Below are positions 16,095 to 25,633 of a stretch of DNA of 53,156 nt, one piece after another. Position numbers and translations under genes: made by a program. The notes beneath the pieces were generated by a model that saw only the letters and a program-made list of their open reading frames with translations, was not told where the DNA came from and did no database searches. Positions within the stretch are counted from its first letter, which is position 1; each line of letters begins with the position of its first letter. The DNA is taken from IMG/VR virus record IMGVR_UViG_3300035701_000044, positions 1 through 53,156 of that record; one strand, written 5' to 3'. Source of the stretch: a virus. Lineage: Duplodnaviria > Caudoviricetes.

Positions 16095-18314
16095 ATGGGC
16101 GACTCCCCTGCTGCGATTTTACACAACACCAGTGGCACTGAGATTGCCACGGCGGCGAATCCAGCGCGGGTGGACCCGACTGGGACTACCACGCAACCTG
16201 TTTCTAATGCGGCTCTGACAAGCATCGACGGCAAGCTGGGCTCGCTTGGGCAGAAGGCTATGGCCGGATCTGCCCCGGTGGTCCTCGCTTCGGACCAGAG
16301 CGCAATTCCAGTGACGGGTTCATTCACGGCCAGCGTGATTCCCAACCCAGACGACACCACCGGGAACATTTCGGCCCTGAACGGAACAGTTTCGGCAGCG
16401 GTCGAGGGGTGGCAGTCGTGCGGGATCGTGCTGACCGGGACGTGGGTGGCGACCGTTGTACCCGAAGTTTCGTACGACGGTGGCACTACCTGGATTTCGG
16501 TTGGGTTTGTTGCACCCGCGTCGGCGGCTAATTCACTTCCGGTTATCACCGGGTACGTTTCCGCGAATGGCTCGTACCAGATCATGGGTATGGGGCCGAT
16601 GACCCATGTTCGGGTCCGGGCGCTGGCGTACACTTCGGGCACCGTGGCCGTTCGGCTGGTCTTTAGCGCCACCGCACCGGCGATGGGCTACTCGCTGACC
16701 CAGATGCTCCAGAACGTCATGGCCAGCGTGCTAAACAGTTCGACGGCGAACCTCGCGGCTTGGGCGTCTTTCACAGGCATTGCCGAGAGCACTTTGGGGA
16801 TAGCGGGGATTCAGGTCAATATCAAGGCCAGCCAACCCGTAAGCATTCAGGTTCAGCAAAGCCAGGAAGGCACCAATTGGGACACTGTTGACGAACAAAC
16901 TTTTCCGGCTGGGGAAGGCGACGCCCGCACTTTCCAGGCCGTGGGTAGCTACTTTCGGTTGGTCGTGACAAATATCGGCAACGCCACCACGACTTACTTC
17001 CGGCTCCAGACGGCGTTGTGCCCGGTGGTCGAAGTTGTTCCCCGTGCGCTGACCCCCGCAGGCCGGTTGCGCTTGGCGTCGATGACGTCAAGTTGGTCCC
17101 CCGACCCAAATGACTTCCAGGACCGTTCACAGCATCGCTCCCTGCTCATGGACAGGGACCGGAACCTTCGGATTCGTGGTGGGGTGTTTACCGATGCCGC
17201 GTCTTTCCGGGATGACTTCACGGTCGGGGAGAATTATTCGGATTTGACCGGGACGGTCTACTTCACCAATGGCAGCAAGATTGTAACGGGTGTGGGCACG
17301 GCGTTCGGCACGGAATTGAACAAGTGGCAGTACCTAAAACTCTCGTCCCACGCGGACTCCGCGTACAACCATGTCATTGATATTGTCAACGACACCCAAT
17401 TAGAATTGGAGAAACCTTACGCGGGGGCCACGGGGGATGGTACTGGGCGGGCGTCGTTCTGGAGGTACGCTATTGGCACGGGCGGATCGATTACCCAGAC
17501 CAACTCCGAGATTGCGCTGGCGAGCGGGACCACCAGCGGGACCCTCGTCCAGGCCAAACGCACAGGGGATTATCTGCCCTATGTTGGCGGGGCTCGGATA
17601 AAAGTTTCACAGCGGATCGCGAACCAGGAAGTTCACGTTGGCCTCGCCGACGGGGACATCGGAAGCGTCAACACGCAAGCTCTGATTGTGTTCACGGGAA
17701 CCGACAGCACCAAAGCGAAGCTCCGGACATCGTTCTCGGCAACAGACGTTGAGGAGACAGAATTTACCCTCCCCAATGCGATTGTTTCATCGACCTACGC
17801 CTACTACCAGATCGAGATTGGCGCGGGTAAAGTCACCCTTTGGGTCAATGACGTGAAAGTAGCGGAGCATCGGCTTCACATTCCTGGGCCGTACACGCCG
17901 ATGGATTGTCATGTTTGCATCAAGAACACGGCGGTCCCAGCCTCGACAACCACGTTGACCCTGGATACGTTCTACCTGACCAACTTCGACCAGGTGCAGG
18001 TAAACGGGTCTCTCAAGGGCGATCCGCTTCCCACAAAAGAGATGCGGGCGTCGAAGGCCACCTGCGCGAACGTCACGGCGGCGGTGGCGGACACCCTGGT
18101 GCTGGCGGCGAACGCCGACCGGCTCGGGGCGAGCGTAACGAACGACAGCGTGGCCACACTCTACCTGAAGCTGGGTACGGGGGCGTCTACTACCAGTCAT
18201 ACGGTGCAGGTACCCCGTGGTGGCTACTACGAGGTTCCGTTTGGGTACACCGGGGTTATCAACGGGTACTGGTCGGCGGCGACGGGTGCGGCCAGGATCA
18301 CCGAGGTCATGTAG
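16095..18314 (+). CDS. Large multidomain virion/fibre protein with lectin-like beta-sandwich domains
   Basis: GAGG SD; 739 aa, Thr/Gly/Ser-rich; FRDDF...YYQIEI..VTLWVND ConA/LamG-like pattern. Confidence 0.65.
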   Translation: MGDSPAAILHNTSGTEIATAANPARVDPTGTTTQPVSNAALTSIDGKLGSLGQKAMAGSAPVVLASDQSAIPVTGSFTASVIPNPDDTTGNISALNGTVSAAVEGWQSCGIVLTGTWVATVVPEVSYDGGTTWISVGFVAPASAANSLPVITGYVSANGSYQIMGMGPMTHVRVRALAYTSGTVAVRLVFSATAPAMGYSLTQMLQNVMASVLNSSTANLAAWASFTGIAESTLGIAGIQVNIKASQPVSIQVQQSQEGTNWDTVDEQTFPAGEGDARTFQAVGSYFRLVVTNIGNATTTYFRLQTALCPVVEVVPRALTPAGRLRLASMTSSWSPDPNDFQDRSQHRSLLMDRDRNLRIRGGVFTDAASFRDDFTVGENYSDLTGTVYFTNGSKIVTGVGTAFGTELNKWQYLKLSSHADSAYNHVIDIVNDTQLELEKPYAGATGDGTGRASFWRYAIGTGGSITQTNSEIALASGTTSGTLVQAKRTGDYLPYVGGARIKVSQRIANQEVHVGLADGDIGSVNTQALIVFTGTDSTKAKLRTSFSATDVEETEFTLPNAIVSSTYAYYQIEIGAGKVTLWVNDVKVAEHRLHIPGPYTPMDCHVCIKNTAVPASTTTLTLDTFYLTNFDQVQVNGSLKGDPLPTKEMRASKATCANVTAAVADTLVLAANADRLGASVTNDSVATLYLKLGTGASTTSHTVQVPRGGYYEVPFGYTGVINGYWSAATGAARITEVM

Positions 18315-18316
18315 TA

Positions 18317-18931
18317 ATGCCTCTGTTCGCGCCACCCACATACCCGGACTTGCTCCGGGCAGTATTTTGGGACGATTTCGTTGCTGCTGGTTACAACACC
18401 CGCATCTGGGCGGTAACCGGGACTGGCAGCATCACGGCCCTGTCCGAGTTGGGTGGGCGACTTCGCGTTCGTGCCAACGCGGGAGCGAGCTACCGGTTCA
18501 ACCACGGGAACATAGGCGGCTTCAGCGTGGCGGGAAAGGGCATGGTGCTGTGGCGCGGGAAGATGACTCCCGCCACGGCGGCTGCGGGGCTCACGCACTG
18601 CGGATTTCAAGACGTAGCCAACCCAACGACGAACTACATTCGCTGGATTTATGAGCCTAATGCCCACGCTAACTTCCGGTGTTCGTGCATGTCGGGTGGG
18701 GTAGAAACGATTACGGACAGCGGAGTGGTGGGGGATAACAACGATCATGAGTTCAGAATCGAGTGCTCGACCGGGCAAGTGCTGTTCTTTTTGGACGGGC
18801 TGCTGAAAATCACAACGACAACCAATATCCCAGCGACACAGCTTCAACCGTTTGTGGGCGGCACGGGAAGCGCCGCTGTGGTCAGCGACTTCAACATTGA
18901 CTGGGTGTGGGGCTTCGGAGACAGAGCATGA
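18317..18931 (+). CDS. ConA/LamG-like beta-sandwich protein, paralog 1
   Basis: ATG 18317 just after upstream stop; FWDDF...HEFRIE..VLFFLDG; ends GDRA. Confidence 0.7.
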   Translation: MPLFAPPTYPDLLRAVFWDDFVAAGYNTRIWAVTGTGSITALSELGGRLRVRANAGASYRFNHGNIGGFSVAGKGMVLWRGKMTPATAAAGLTHCGFQDVANPTTNYIRWIYEPNAHANFRCSCMSGGVETITDSGVVGDNNDHEFRIECSTGQVLFFLDGLLKITTTTNIPATQLQPFVGGTGSAAVVSDFNIDWVWGFGDRA

Positions 18932-19545
18932 GTCTGAACGCAGAAATCAGGCAGGTAGACTACCCGGACGCGGTTCATGCCGTGTTTTTTGACGATTTCT
19001 TTGGCGACCTGTATGACAATCAGACCTGGGGAGTTACTGGAACTGGTTCTGCTATCATGCAGGACACCGATGGAGGGTTCCTTCGCATTCGCGCTACGGC
19101 GGGCAATATGTACGAGTTCAACATGGGGAACATCGGCAATTTCGCCGTGGCGAACAACTTCGTTTGCGAATGGCGCGGCAAGCTGCGCCCAGGTACTTCG
19201 GTCAGCGCCGAGTGCGGATTGGAAGGCGCTGGCGATCAGAGCAACAACTGGATTTGCTGGCAACGTGCCAATGGCACGGCTAACTTTCTGTGCCAAACGG
19301 GTGCTCCTAGCGGGACTACCACAACAGACAGCGGAGTCGCGGCAGACAACAACAATCACCTGTTCAAGATCGTGGGCAGCCCAGGCATTATCCAGTTTTT
19401 CTTGGACGATGTTTTGATCACTACGATTCTGGCCAACATCACGGCTAGCGCTCTTCAGCCATACGTGTGGAATAGCGCAGGCGGTGGAAGCGGCGCGTCC
19501 GATGCCTTCATGGACTACGTTTTGGTTACAGGAGATAGAGCATGA
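18928..19545 (+). CDS. ConA/LamG-like beta-sandwich protein, paralog 2
   Basis: Collinear with previous gene; FFDDF...HLFKI..IQFFLDD; ends GDRA. Confidence 0.7.
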   Translation: MSLNAEIRQVDYPDAVHAVFFDDFFGDLYDNQTWGVTGTGSAIMQDTDGGFLRIRATAGNMYEFNMGNIGNFAVANNFVCEWRGKLRPGTSVSAECGLEGAGDQSNNWICWQRANGTANFLCQTGAPSGTTTTDSGVAADNNNHLFKIVGSPGIIQFFLDDVLITTILANITASALQPYVWNSAGGGSGASDAFMDYVLVTGDRA

Positions 19546-20501
19546 TCCGCATTTTGAAGAACAAGACCAGCGAGGACGCTGACGTTCGGTTTGAAACCGT
19601 GACAGTTGTAGTTGAAGCCAACAGCCAGCGTGACCTGGCCGAAACATTCTTGCCCTGGCAGCTTGCCAGCATTGATGGGTTAGTCGAATTGCTGGGCCAG
19701 GGCACCGACAAGTTCCAGTTGAACGACGGCACAGAGGATTTGTCGGTGGCTCGCGCTGTGGACTTGGTGCGTGGGTACACTCCGCAGAAAGGCCCGCAGG
19801 CGGCCGATGGCAAGCTTTACGTGAGCCCGGACATGTGGCCATTGGGGACGCTGACTAACTTCTGCGGCGCGGCCGACGACGTGGCCAACGGGGTGGAGGG
19901 AACGGACTTCCTGGGGATCGAATCGACGGTCCAGGAGGACAAGACCAAGGCACTCCAGTTCATTGCGCCCAGCTATCTGGCCGGGGGCCACATCCAGTAC
20001 AAGGGCGCAGTGCTGGGTGACCATATCTCATTCTCGACCGTGGTGCCGGGGACGGTGGGCACCGACGTGGGCGCGGGCCAGGGCGCGTATGCGAAGTCCC
20101 CCATCGGCGGCGGGCTCAGCGTGTTCGTGCCCTATCCCGGCGGCGGCTGGAATCTTGACCTGGCTGAAAAAGAGAACGCCAACGTCGCGTTCACGAAAGT
20201 CCGCCCCGTCCCGTCCCCTGGCAACGCAGGCTTCTTCGACTGGAATCCGGTGACCGGGGTTGTCACGGTGAACGCCGCTCAGAAAGGCGGTTTCAACCTC
20301 ATTGACGGCGACCTCATGATCAACGAGTTGGTTTGTAAGGTCGGGATCATCGGGGACGATCACTTTCCGCTGACCGTTCCTGCCGTGCGGCCAGTCCGTT
20401 TGCTGCCGCACTGGAAATTTGTGATGACGTTGCATAACAGCACGGCCAAGACATTGCAAGTGGCGGCGATGCTCTATCGCGGGAAGGGGAACGTTCTGTG
20501 A
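19542..20501 (+). CDS. Hypothetical protein, probably structural
   Basis: ATGA coupling, 319 aa. Confidence 0.7.
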   Translation: MIRILKNKTSEDADVRFETVTVVVEANSQRDLAETFLPWQLASIDGLVELLGQGTDKFQLNDGTEDLSVARAVDLVRGYTPQKGPQAADGKLYVSPDMWPLGTLTNFCGAADDVANGVEGTDFLGIESTVQEDKTKALQFIAPSYLAGGHIQYKGAVLGDHISFSTVVPGTVGTDVGAGQGAYAKSPIGGGLSVFVPYPGGGWNLDLAEKENANVAFTKVRPVPSPGNAGFFDWNPVTGVVTVNAAQKGGFNLIDGDLMINELVCKVGIIGDDHFPLTVPAVRPVRLLPHWKFVMTLHNSTAKTLQVAAMLYRGKGNVL

Positions 20502-21079
20502 AGCTGAAAACGAAATTATCGGATGTGGCGTTTGCCACTACCATTGTTGGCCCCGAGGAGACCAGCCGGGACATCCGGCTAGTCTTCACGGCCAGCAAGA
20601 CCTTCTTCGGAAAGATAATCCGATGGCTCACCGGCGGCAAGGTCAGCCACGTATTCCTGGAGTACGATTCCTCCCTCTGGGGCGGGCGTTGGGTTGCTGA
20701 GGCCACGGTTGGCGGAGTTCGAAAGGTTCCGTCCTACAAGGCTCGGCACAACGTCGTGTGGGAGTACCGAGCAGCGATGGACACCCGGGTAGCCTGTCGG
20801 TCCATCGCTAGGTACTTCGGCAACACGTACGACTACGCCGGCTTGCTCGTCTTCGCTTGGTTCATCATCGCCTGGCGCTGGCTCAAGCTGAAGGCCAAGA
20901 AGCCACACCGGAGCACCAAATCGCAGGTGTGCGCGGAACTCATTGCCCGCTGGGTCACTGCCTACGGCGTGCCTGGCAGCCAAGACTGGGACCCAGACAG
21001 GGTGACGCCGCAGATGATTGCTGACGCCTGCTTCACCAATCAACCGAAGTTCTTCGAGAAGATTGAGGGAGCGAAGTGA
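20498..21079 (+). CDS. Permuted papain-like NlpC/P60 (YiiX/YebB-like) enzyme
   Basis: IRWLT...SHV first, YDY, then CAELI and VTPQ (His-before-Cys order). Confidence 0.75.
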   Translation: MKLKTKLSDVAFATTIVGPEETSRDIRLVFTASKTFFGKIIRWLTGGKVSHVFLEYDSSLWGGRWVAEATVGGVRKVPSYKARHNVVWEYRAAMDTRVACRSIARYFGNTYDYAGLLVFAWFIIAWRWLKLKAKKPHRSTKSQVCAELIARWVTAYGVPGSQDWDPDRVTPQMIADACFTNQPKFFEKIEGAK

Positions 21080-21417
21080 TGTCGTGGCAAGGTTTTCGGT
21101 GGGAGCACGATACCTGGTGGTGGGAGAAAGTCCGGCTGGATGAACTGGGGCTGCCCGCAAGCTGGAACTTCATCATCCCCGACAAGCTTATGCACTTCTT
21201 GTCGGTCTTCTTGCTTGGCTGGTTGCTGTCCCGCTGGCTGGGCCGGCACTGGGGCGTTCTGCTGGCCTGGTTCGTCATGATGGTGCCCTGGGAGATGCTT
21301 TGGGATGGTTGCTTTCGGGGTGGTGCCAGCTGGAAGGACATGGTGGCCAATACTCTAGGAGGGCTGTGCCTCTGGTGGTGGCTCGGAAGCTCAACTATTG
21401 GGCAATCGCAGGTGTGA
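21076..21417 (+). CDS. Small membrane protein, VanZ/YfiM-like
   Basis: DKLMHF...WE...D...SWKDMVANTLG with three hydrophobic helices. Confidence 0.65.
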   Translation: MMSWQGFRWEHDTWWWEKVRLDELGLPASWNFIIPDKLMHFLSVFLLGWLLSRWLGRHWGVLLAWFVMMVPWEMLWDGCFRGGASWKDMVANTLGGLCLWWWLGSSTIGQSQV

Positions 21418-21454
21418 ATGTGTGTGTCCGAAAGCCAGGAGAAAGCGCAAGCGC

Positions 21455-21931
21455 ATGCTGCTAGAGACTGTCAATCCGGCGCAGGTTGTTCTCCAGGTGC
21501 AGGCGCAGAACCTGGATGGCACGCCGAAGACGGCTCTGGCGTCGGCAACGGTTCGGGTGTACCACCTCGCTGGGGGGCTCGAGGTTGCCGACCTGGCGGC
21601 GACGCCGATGACTCAAGTCCCAGGAACCAGTACTTGGCGGTACGTGTGGGTGCCTGGGACTCTGGCAGTGGGGCACTACTTCGCAGAGTATTCGTTGGTG
21701 GACCTGGACAGTGCGGCATTCGTTGGTGCCGAGGATCTGGACATCCGCGATATCGCGAAGCAGGCGGATTTGGCGTTCGTCAAGCAGATTGAGCAGGGAA
21801 GGTGGCGTATCGTGAACGAGCAGATGATTTTCTACGCCGAAGACCGAGTGACGCCGCTTTTGGTTTTCAACTTGAAGGACATCAATGGCATTCCGTCCAA
21901 TGTGAACATATTCGAGCGCGTGCCTGTGTGA
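21455..21931 (+). CDS. Ig-like hypothetical virion protein
   Basis: AGGAG SD; beta-strand pattern. Confidence 0.6.
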   Translation: MLLETVNPAQVVLQVQAQNLDGTPKTALASATVRVYHLAGGLEVADLAATPMTQVPGTSTWRYVWVPGTLAVGHYFAEYSLVDLDSAAFVGAEDLDIRDIAKQADLAFVKQIEQGRWRIVNEQMIFYAEDRVTPLLVFNLKDINGIPSNVNIFERVPV

Positions 21932-21939
21932 GGTGGAGC

Positions 21940-22299
21940 ATGAACGAGGAGTACAAAATCGGAGTGGAGTTGGCGCTCAAAACCATGGGGCTCACGAAAC
22001 AGGCCGGTCTCCCCATGGGGCTGGTCAATCGGCTGCGAGCAGCCGCGGCGCATCCAGTTACCATTGGAGCTGGCCTCGGGGCTGTTGGTGGGTTGCTGTC
22101 AGTTGGTGAGGAACCGCTGTTGCACCGAGTTCTTCAGAACGCGGCCATGGGTGGAGTCATTGGTGCTGGCATCAAGTACTTGCCGAAGTATACCGACAAG
22201 ACGATGCCTGGGCACGTCTTGGCGAAGGATATCCCTTGGCTGGCGCCGTCGTTGTTGGCGCCGGCGTTGGTTTCGCGGATGTCTCCGAGAAAGTCGTAG
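21940..22299 (+). CDS. Leader-bearing glycine-zipper protein
   Basis: MNEEYKIGVELALKTMGLTKQA then GAGLGAVGG and GGVIGAG. Confidence 0.8.
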   Translation: MNEEYKIGVELALKTMGLTKQAGLPMGLVNRLRAAAAHPVTIGAGLGAVGGLLSVGEEPLLHRVLQNAAMGGVIGAGIKYLPKYTDKTMPGHVLAKDIPWLAPSLLAPALVSRMSPRKS

Positions 22300-22316
22300 G
22301 AGAGGACTCGAACGTT

Positions 22317-22958
22317 GTGCCGACGATCATCACAAGAGGCCTTGGGTACGACGAGCCGACCATCATCTACCATGATGTGGCGTCGTTCCTTGTGGGAGAA
22401 GTTGTTGTTGAGGCGCGCCTGTACGGCACCGTCATCGTCGAAGCGCCGCCTGTGGGGCGCGTTGCTACCGCGCCTATTCCGGTCTTTGGTACTGTCGTTC
22501 TGCTCAACGAGCTGCGGGGTCTGGTTAGAACAGCCCAGGCTATCTTCGGCGTTTTGAAGGAGGAGGGACCGCTCATGCCCCTCGAAGTAAATACGATTAC
22601 CATGTACATCCGGGATGACCGGACCCTCTCGGTTTCGGTGAATACCGATGCTGGGGCTCCGGTAGACCTGACCGATGCCAAGATGTGGTTCACGGTCAAG
22701 CAGCGGTCGACCGACCCGGACGATCAGGCTCTCATCCAGAAGCGCACGGCCAACGCCGGCGGGTCGGATGCCCAGGTGAAAGTCATCACTCCCGCCACCG
22801 GGAAAGCGGAAATCTACATTGTTCCGGCTGACACGCTGTCGATGAACCCTGGGACTTACATCTACGACATTCAGGTGACGCTGGCCAGCGGGAAGACCTA
22901 TACCATCACGCGGGACAAGATCACGTTCAAAGAGGACGTGACGAAGGCCACCGCGTAA
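22317..22958 (+). CDS. BppU-N-like Ig-fold domain protein
   Basis: PVDLTDAKMWFTVK...GTYIYDIQVT...ITFKEDVT pattern. Confidence 0.6.
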   Translation: MPTIITRGLGYDEPTIIYHDVASFLVGEVVVEARLYGTVIVEAPPVGRVATAPIPVFGTVVLLNELRGLVRTAQAIFGVLKEEGPLMPLEVNTITMYIRDDRTLSVSVNTDAGAPVDLTDAKMWFTVKQRSTDPDDQALIQKRTANAGGSDAQVKVITPATGKAEIYIVPADTLSMNPGTYIYDIQVTLASGKTYTITRDKITFKEDVTKATA

Positions 22959-22971
22959 GGTACCATGGGCC

Positions 22972-23373
22972 ATGGAACGAGTACTTCTCATCGATGACGA
23001 CCGAGCCATTCGGCGCATGTACGCCGACTGTCTTCGCGCTGAAAAGTTCGAAGTCGTTGAAGAGGATTCTGCAGAAGCCGGGCTCGAACACTTGCTGAAA
23101 GGAGAGGGGTTCGATCTGGTCATCACCGACATCATGATGGCCAAGATGGATGGGTGGGAACTTTTGGATACCATCCGGAAGAAGCTCAGCTTGGACGACG
23201 TGAAACTCCCGGTCATCGTGATCAGCGCCTTCGACAGCGCCGAGCTCGAGGCTAAGGCGTTTCACCGGGGGGCCAACGGGTGCTTGGTAAAACCCATCTC
23301 TCCTCTGGCCAAGCTGCTCAACATGGCAAAGATTCAGACGGGGCGGGTGAGGAGCAAATACAATGAGCCCTGA
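22972..23373 (+). CDS. Single-domain response regulator receiver (CheY-like)
   Basis: VLLIDDD, DLVITDIMMAKMDG (phospho-Asp), VISA, GANGCLVKP all intact. Confidence 0.92.
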   Translation: MERVLLIDDDRAIRRMYADCLRAEKFEVVEEDSAEAGLEHLLKGEGFDLVITDIMMAKMDGWELLDTIRKKLSLDDVKLPVIVISAFDSAELEAKAFHRGANGCLVKPISPLAKLLNMAKIQTGRVRSKYNEP

Positions 23374-23794
23374 CACTGCTATCCCTTGGGGGACAGTCGT
23401 CGCAGTAGGGGCGCCAGTTCTAGCGGCGTTCGGGGGGATTCTGGTATTCTTCGTGAAGCGGTTGCTTCGTGCAACCGAGAAGGTCTATGAACTGAAGTTC
23501 GACCAGCTGGCCAAAGACGTGGTACAATTGAACCAGAGGGGCGATCAGCTGGTCGCCGCCCACGACCGTATTCGTGACAAGTGGGATGAGTTCTTGAGGG
23601 AGTACCTCAAGATTGACAGTACGCGCGGGCAGAAGATCGACGCACTCTTTCGGGTGGTGGATCAGATGCAAGACGCCGTGCGAGAACTCAAGCCTGCTCT
23701 AAACTCCAAAATCGAGGATTCGTTCTGTCGTGCCCTCAGTGAGCTGAAGGTTTACGTCAGGGACCAGATCCGGGAGGAAAATAAAGATGCCTAA
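23363..23794 (+). CDS. Single-TM coiled-coil protein, holin/antiholin-like
   Basis: N-terminal TM followed by KR and heptads; near endolysin. Confidence 0.5.
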   Translation: MSPDTAIPWGTVVAVGAPVLAAFGGILVFFVKRLLRATEKVYELKFDQLAKDVVQLNQRGDQLVAAHDRIRDKWDEFLREYLKIDSTRGQKIDALFRVVDQMQDAVRELKPALNSKIEDSFCRALSELKVYVRDQIREENKDA

Positions 23795-24005
23795 CGGACT
23801 ATGTGGCGAAGGGGTGGGGCCAATGGCCGACGAAGCTGTGTCCATGACACCGACGCAGCTGAACGAGGTCATTCTGGAGAAACTGACGCTCTTAGCGCCC
23901 CGATTCGAGAACCTGCGGGACGACTTGGTTCGCTTCCAGCGGGATCTCACGAACGGGATGATTCACTGGAACGCCATCTTGGAGCGGGCGAAGCGGGAGT
24001 GCTAG
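23787..24005 (+). CDS. Small hypothetical protein
   Basis: GGAGG SD, overlaps upstream stop; ends overlapping endolysin stop. Confidence 0.5.
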   Translation: MPNGLCGEGVGPMADEAVSMTPTQLNEVILEKLTLLAPRFENLRDDLVRFQRDLTNGMIHWNAILERAKREC

Positions 24006-24820
24006 GGGATCAGGGCTGCGACGGCAGCTTTGAAATCGGCGACAACCTCTTTGGTCATCAGCGTGCACTTCATCCAATCCATCTCTTCCACTAGGGGTGT
24101 AAAGCTGAAAGCCAGCTTGTTCAACTCCTTCATGGGCCACAGCGGGCCGCAGTCGACCTTGCCCTTGGGGTCGATGACCTGGTGGTCGGTAAACTTGCCG
24201 GCCTGAAGCGTGGGGAGCGCCTGGATGAGCAACCGTTTGATGGCTAGGTTGGAGAGCAGCTGAGCGACCGTGAAAGGCTCCCAGAGCTGGCCGTTGACCT
24301 CCTGTAGGGCCGGGACGAGGTTTTCGGGGTAGAGTGACTTCTCCAAGTAGATGAACTTCCCCTCTGGCGATTTACGAAGTAAACCAGTGCAGACGTGTTC
24401 CACGCCGATGTGGGTGGGGTTCGACCAGGTAGCGTGCCAAGCCACCGTGGTCAGCGGATCCACCATCGTCATGGCAGTTCCATCTCTGTCGACGACGTAG
24501 TGGGAAGACGAGTTGCCACCGTTGGGTCCGCGGTCCATGTTGGAGAACCACATCAGGGTTCCCCGAGCACCCAGCGCAGCGGTGTAGTGGTCGACCCATC
24601 CGGTTGGCTGATCAGTTGCCCAGGCTTTCCCGTGGCGGTTGGTTGGGAGGTTCTTGGTGTAGAAGCTGTCGCCTACGATGCGGCGCATGTGGGCGATGCC
24701 TTCTTTGGTGAGCAGATTGATTGAAGCCGCAGCCGAGTCTTGACTGACTCGAGCTCCAGCGATGGCGGCTTGTAGGGCTGACTTGACAACCTGATCCTGT
24801 GCCCAGGAGAACAGTTCCAT
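24002..24820 (-). CDS. N-acetylmuramoyl-L-alanine amidase (Amidase_2), probable endolysin
   Basis: DHYTA, SSHYVVDRDG, AWHA, IGVEH, H...KVDCG zinc-amidase motifs; GGAGG SD. Confidence 0.85.
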   Translation of the reverse strand: MELFSWAQDQVVKSALQAAIAGARVSQDSAAASINLLTKEGIAHMRRIVGDSFYTKNLPTNRHGKAWATDQPTGWVDHYTAALGARGTLMWFSNMDRGPNGGNSSSHYVVDRDGTAMTMVDPLTTVAWHATWSNPTHIGVEHVCTGLLRKSPEGKFIYLEKSLYPENLVPALQEVNGQLWEPFTVAQLLSNLAIKRLLIQALPTLQAGKFTDHQVIDPKGKVDCGPLWPMKELNKLAFSFTPLVEEMDWMKCTLMTKEVVADFKAAVAALIP

Positions 24821-24830
24821 GATTGCCTCC

Positions 24831-24870
24831 AAACAAAAACGGCGGTGCCCGTTGACCGAACACCGCCGTT
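24831..24870 (-). terminator. Intrinsic terminator directly upstream of endolysin SD
   Basis: AACGGCGGTGTTCG-GTCAA-CGGGCACCGCCGTT then TTTGTTT on - strand. Confidence 0.7.
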
Positions 24871-24889
24871 GGTTTCACGCCCGAAGAGA

Positions 24890-25075
24890 CTACTTCTTTT
24901 CCACCAGGGCGGACTTCAGCCTCACGGGGAGCTTGGCGCCCACGAAGTAACCCAGGACGTTCTTGCCGTCGCGATCCTTGCGGGTAAACTTCCACAGTCC
25001 GTGTTCGCGATCCTTGGCGGCGCGCTTCGCGTCGTTGTACTCCTTGGTCTCGTACCAGCTTTTCGGTCGGGGCAT
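24890..25075 (-). CDS. Small basic protein
   Basis: GGAGGAGG SD; strong GC3 codon bias. Confidence 0.75.
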   Translation of the reverse strand: MPRPKSWYETKEYNDAKRAAKDREHGLWKFTRKDRDGKNVLGYFVGAKLPVRLKSALVEKK

Positions 25076-25076
25076 C

Positions 25077-25418
25077 TTACGGTCCTCCTCCTATGGGTAA
25101 ACGTTTTGACCGGCCTTTCCACCGGCCCTTGGTCTGATGCTTTTCGTTATACCGCTGGATATCGTTTATTGTCAAGCGCAATTCGTTGCTATTCGTAACG
25201 GTGTCTTCCAGACTGGTTTGGCGGTTTTCAATAACTTCCAGGGTGTGGAGGTACTTGCCCAGGGTTGTTGCCACGGTTTCTTCGAACGCGTCCTGCTGCT
25301 TTTTTGATTCGGTGAGACCCCAGAACGTGAAGATGCACAGGGCTAGGCTAATCAGCACGCAAGCCACGCCAGCAATAATCACGTAGATACCAATTCGTCG
25401 TTCCAGCACACACCCCAC
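25077..25418 (-). CDS. Single-TM coiled-coil protein (possibly lysis accessory)
   Basis: Long N-terminal hydrophobic helix then heptads. Confidence 0.55.
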   Translation of the reverse strand: MGCVLERRIGIYVIIAGVACVLISLALCIFTFWGLTESKKQQDAFEETVATTLGKYLHTLEVIENRQTSLEDTVTNSNELRLTINDIQRYNEKHQTKGRWKGRSKRLPIGGGP

Positions 25419-25481
25419 AGGACAGTTTCATCGATGGCACACACGCTCTATCGGAAGGGCGCTGAGCGCCCGGTTGTAGTT

Positions 25482-25625
25482 TTAGCGCTTCCCCCGGCGG
25501 ATGAAGGTCTCACTCGTTTTGTCGAGCATTCCACGCTTTTTGAGCCAAGAGATCATTTGCTCCTTACGATACTTGTCTTCGCCCGCGATGACAACATATT
25601 TTACCGTTGGCGTTGTTCGAGCCAT
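25482..25625 (-). CDS. 47-aa basic protein (not in ORF track)
   Basis: GAGGTG SD; MARTTPTVKYVVIAGEDKYRKEQMISWLKKRG... Confidence 0.5.
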   Translation of the reverse strand: MARTTPTVKYVVIAGEDKYRKEQMISWLKKRGMLDKTSETFIRRGKR

Positions 25626-25633
25626 GGGTCACC

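Noticed and set aside
17906-18316. Upstream extensions of ORF-track starts (also 325, 1737, 4870, 5157, 21802, 37006, 52798)
   Set aside because: They overlap neighbouring genes or promoters; downstream starts have an SD, stop-start coupling or the conserved leader.
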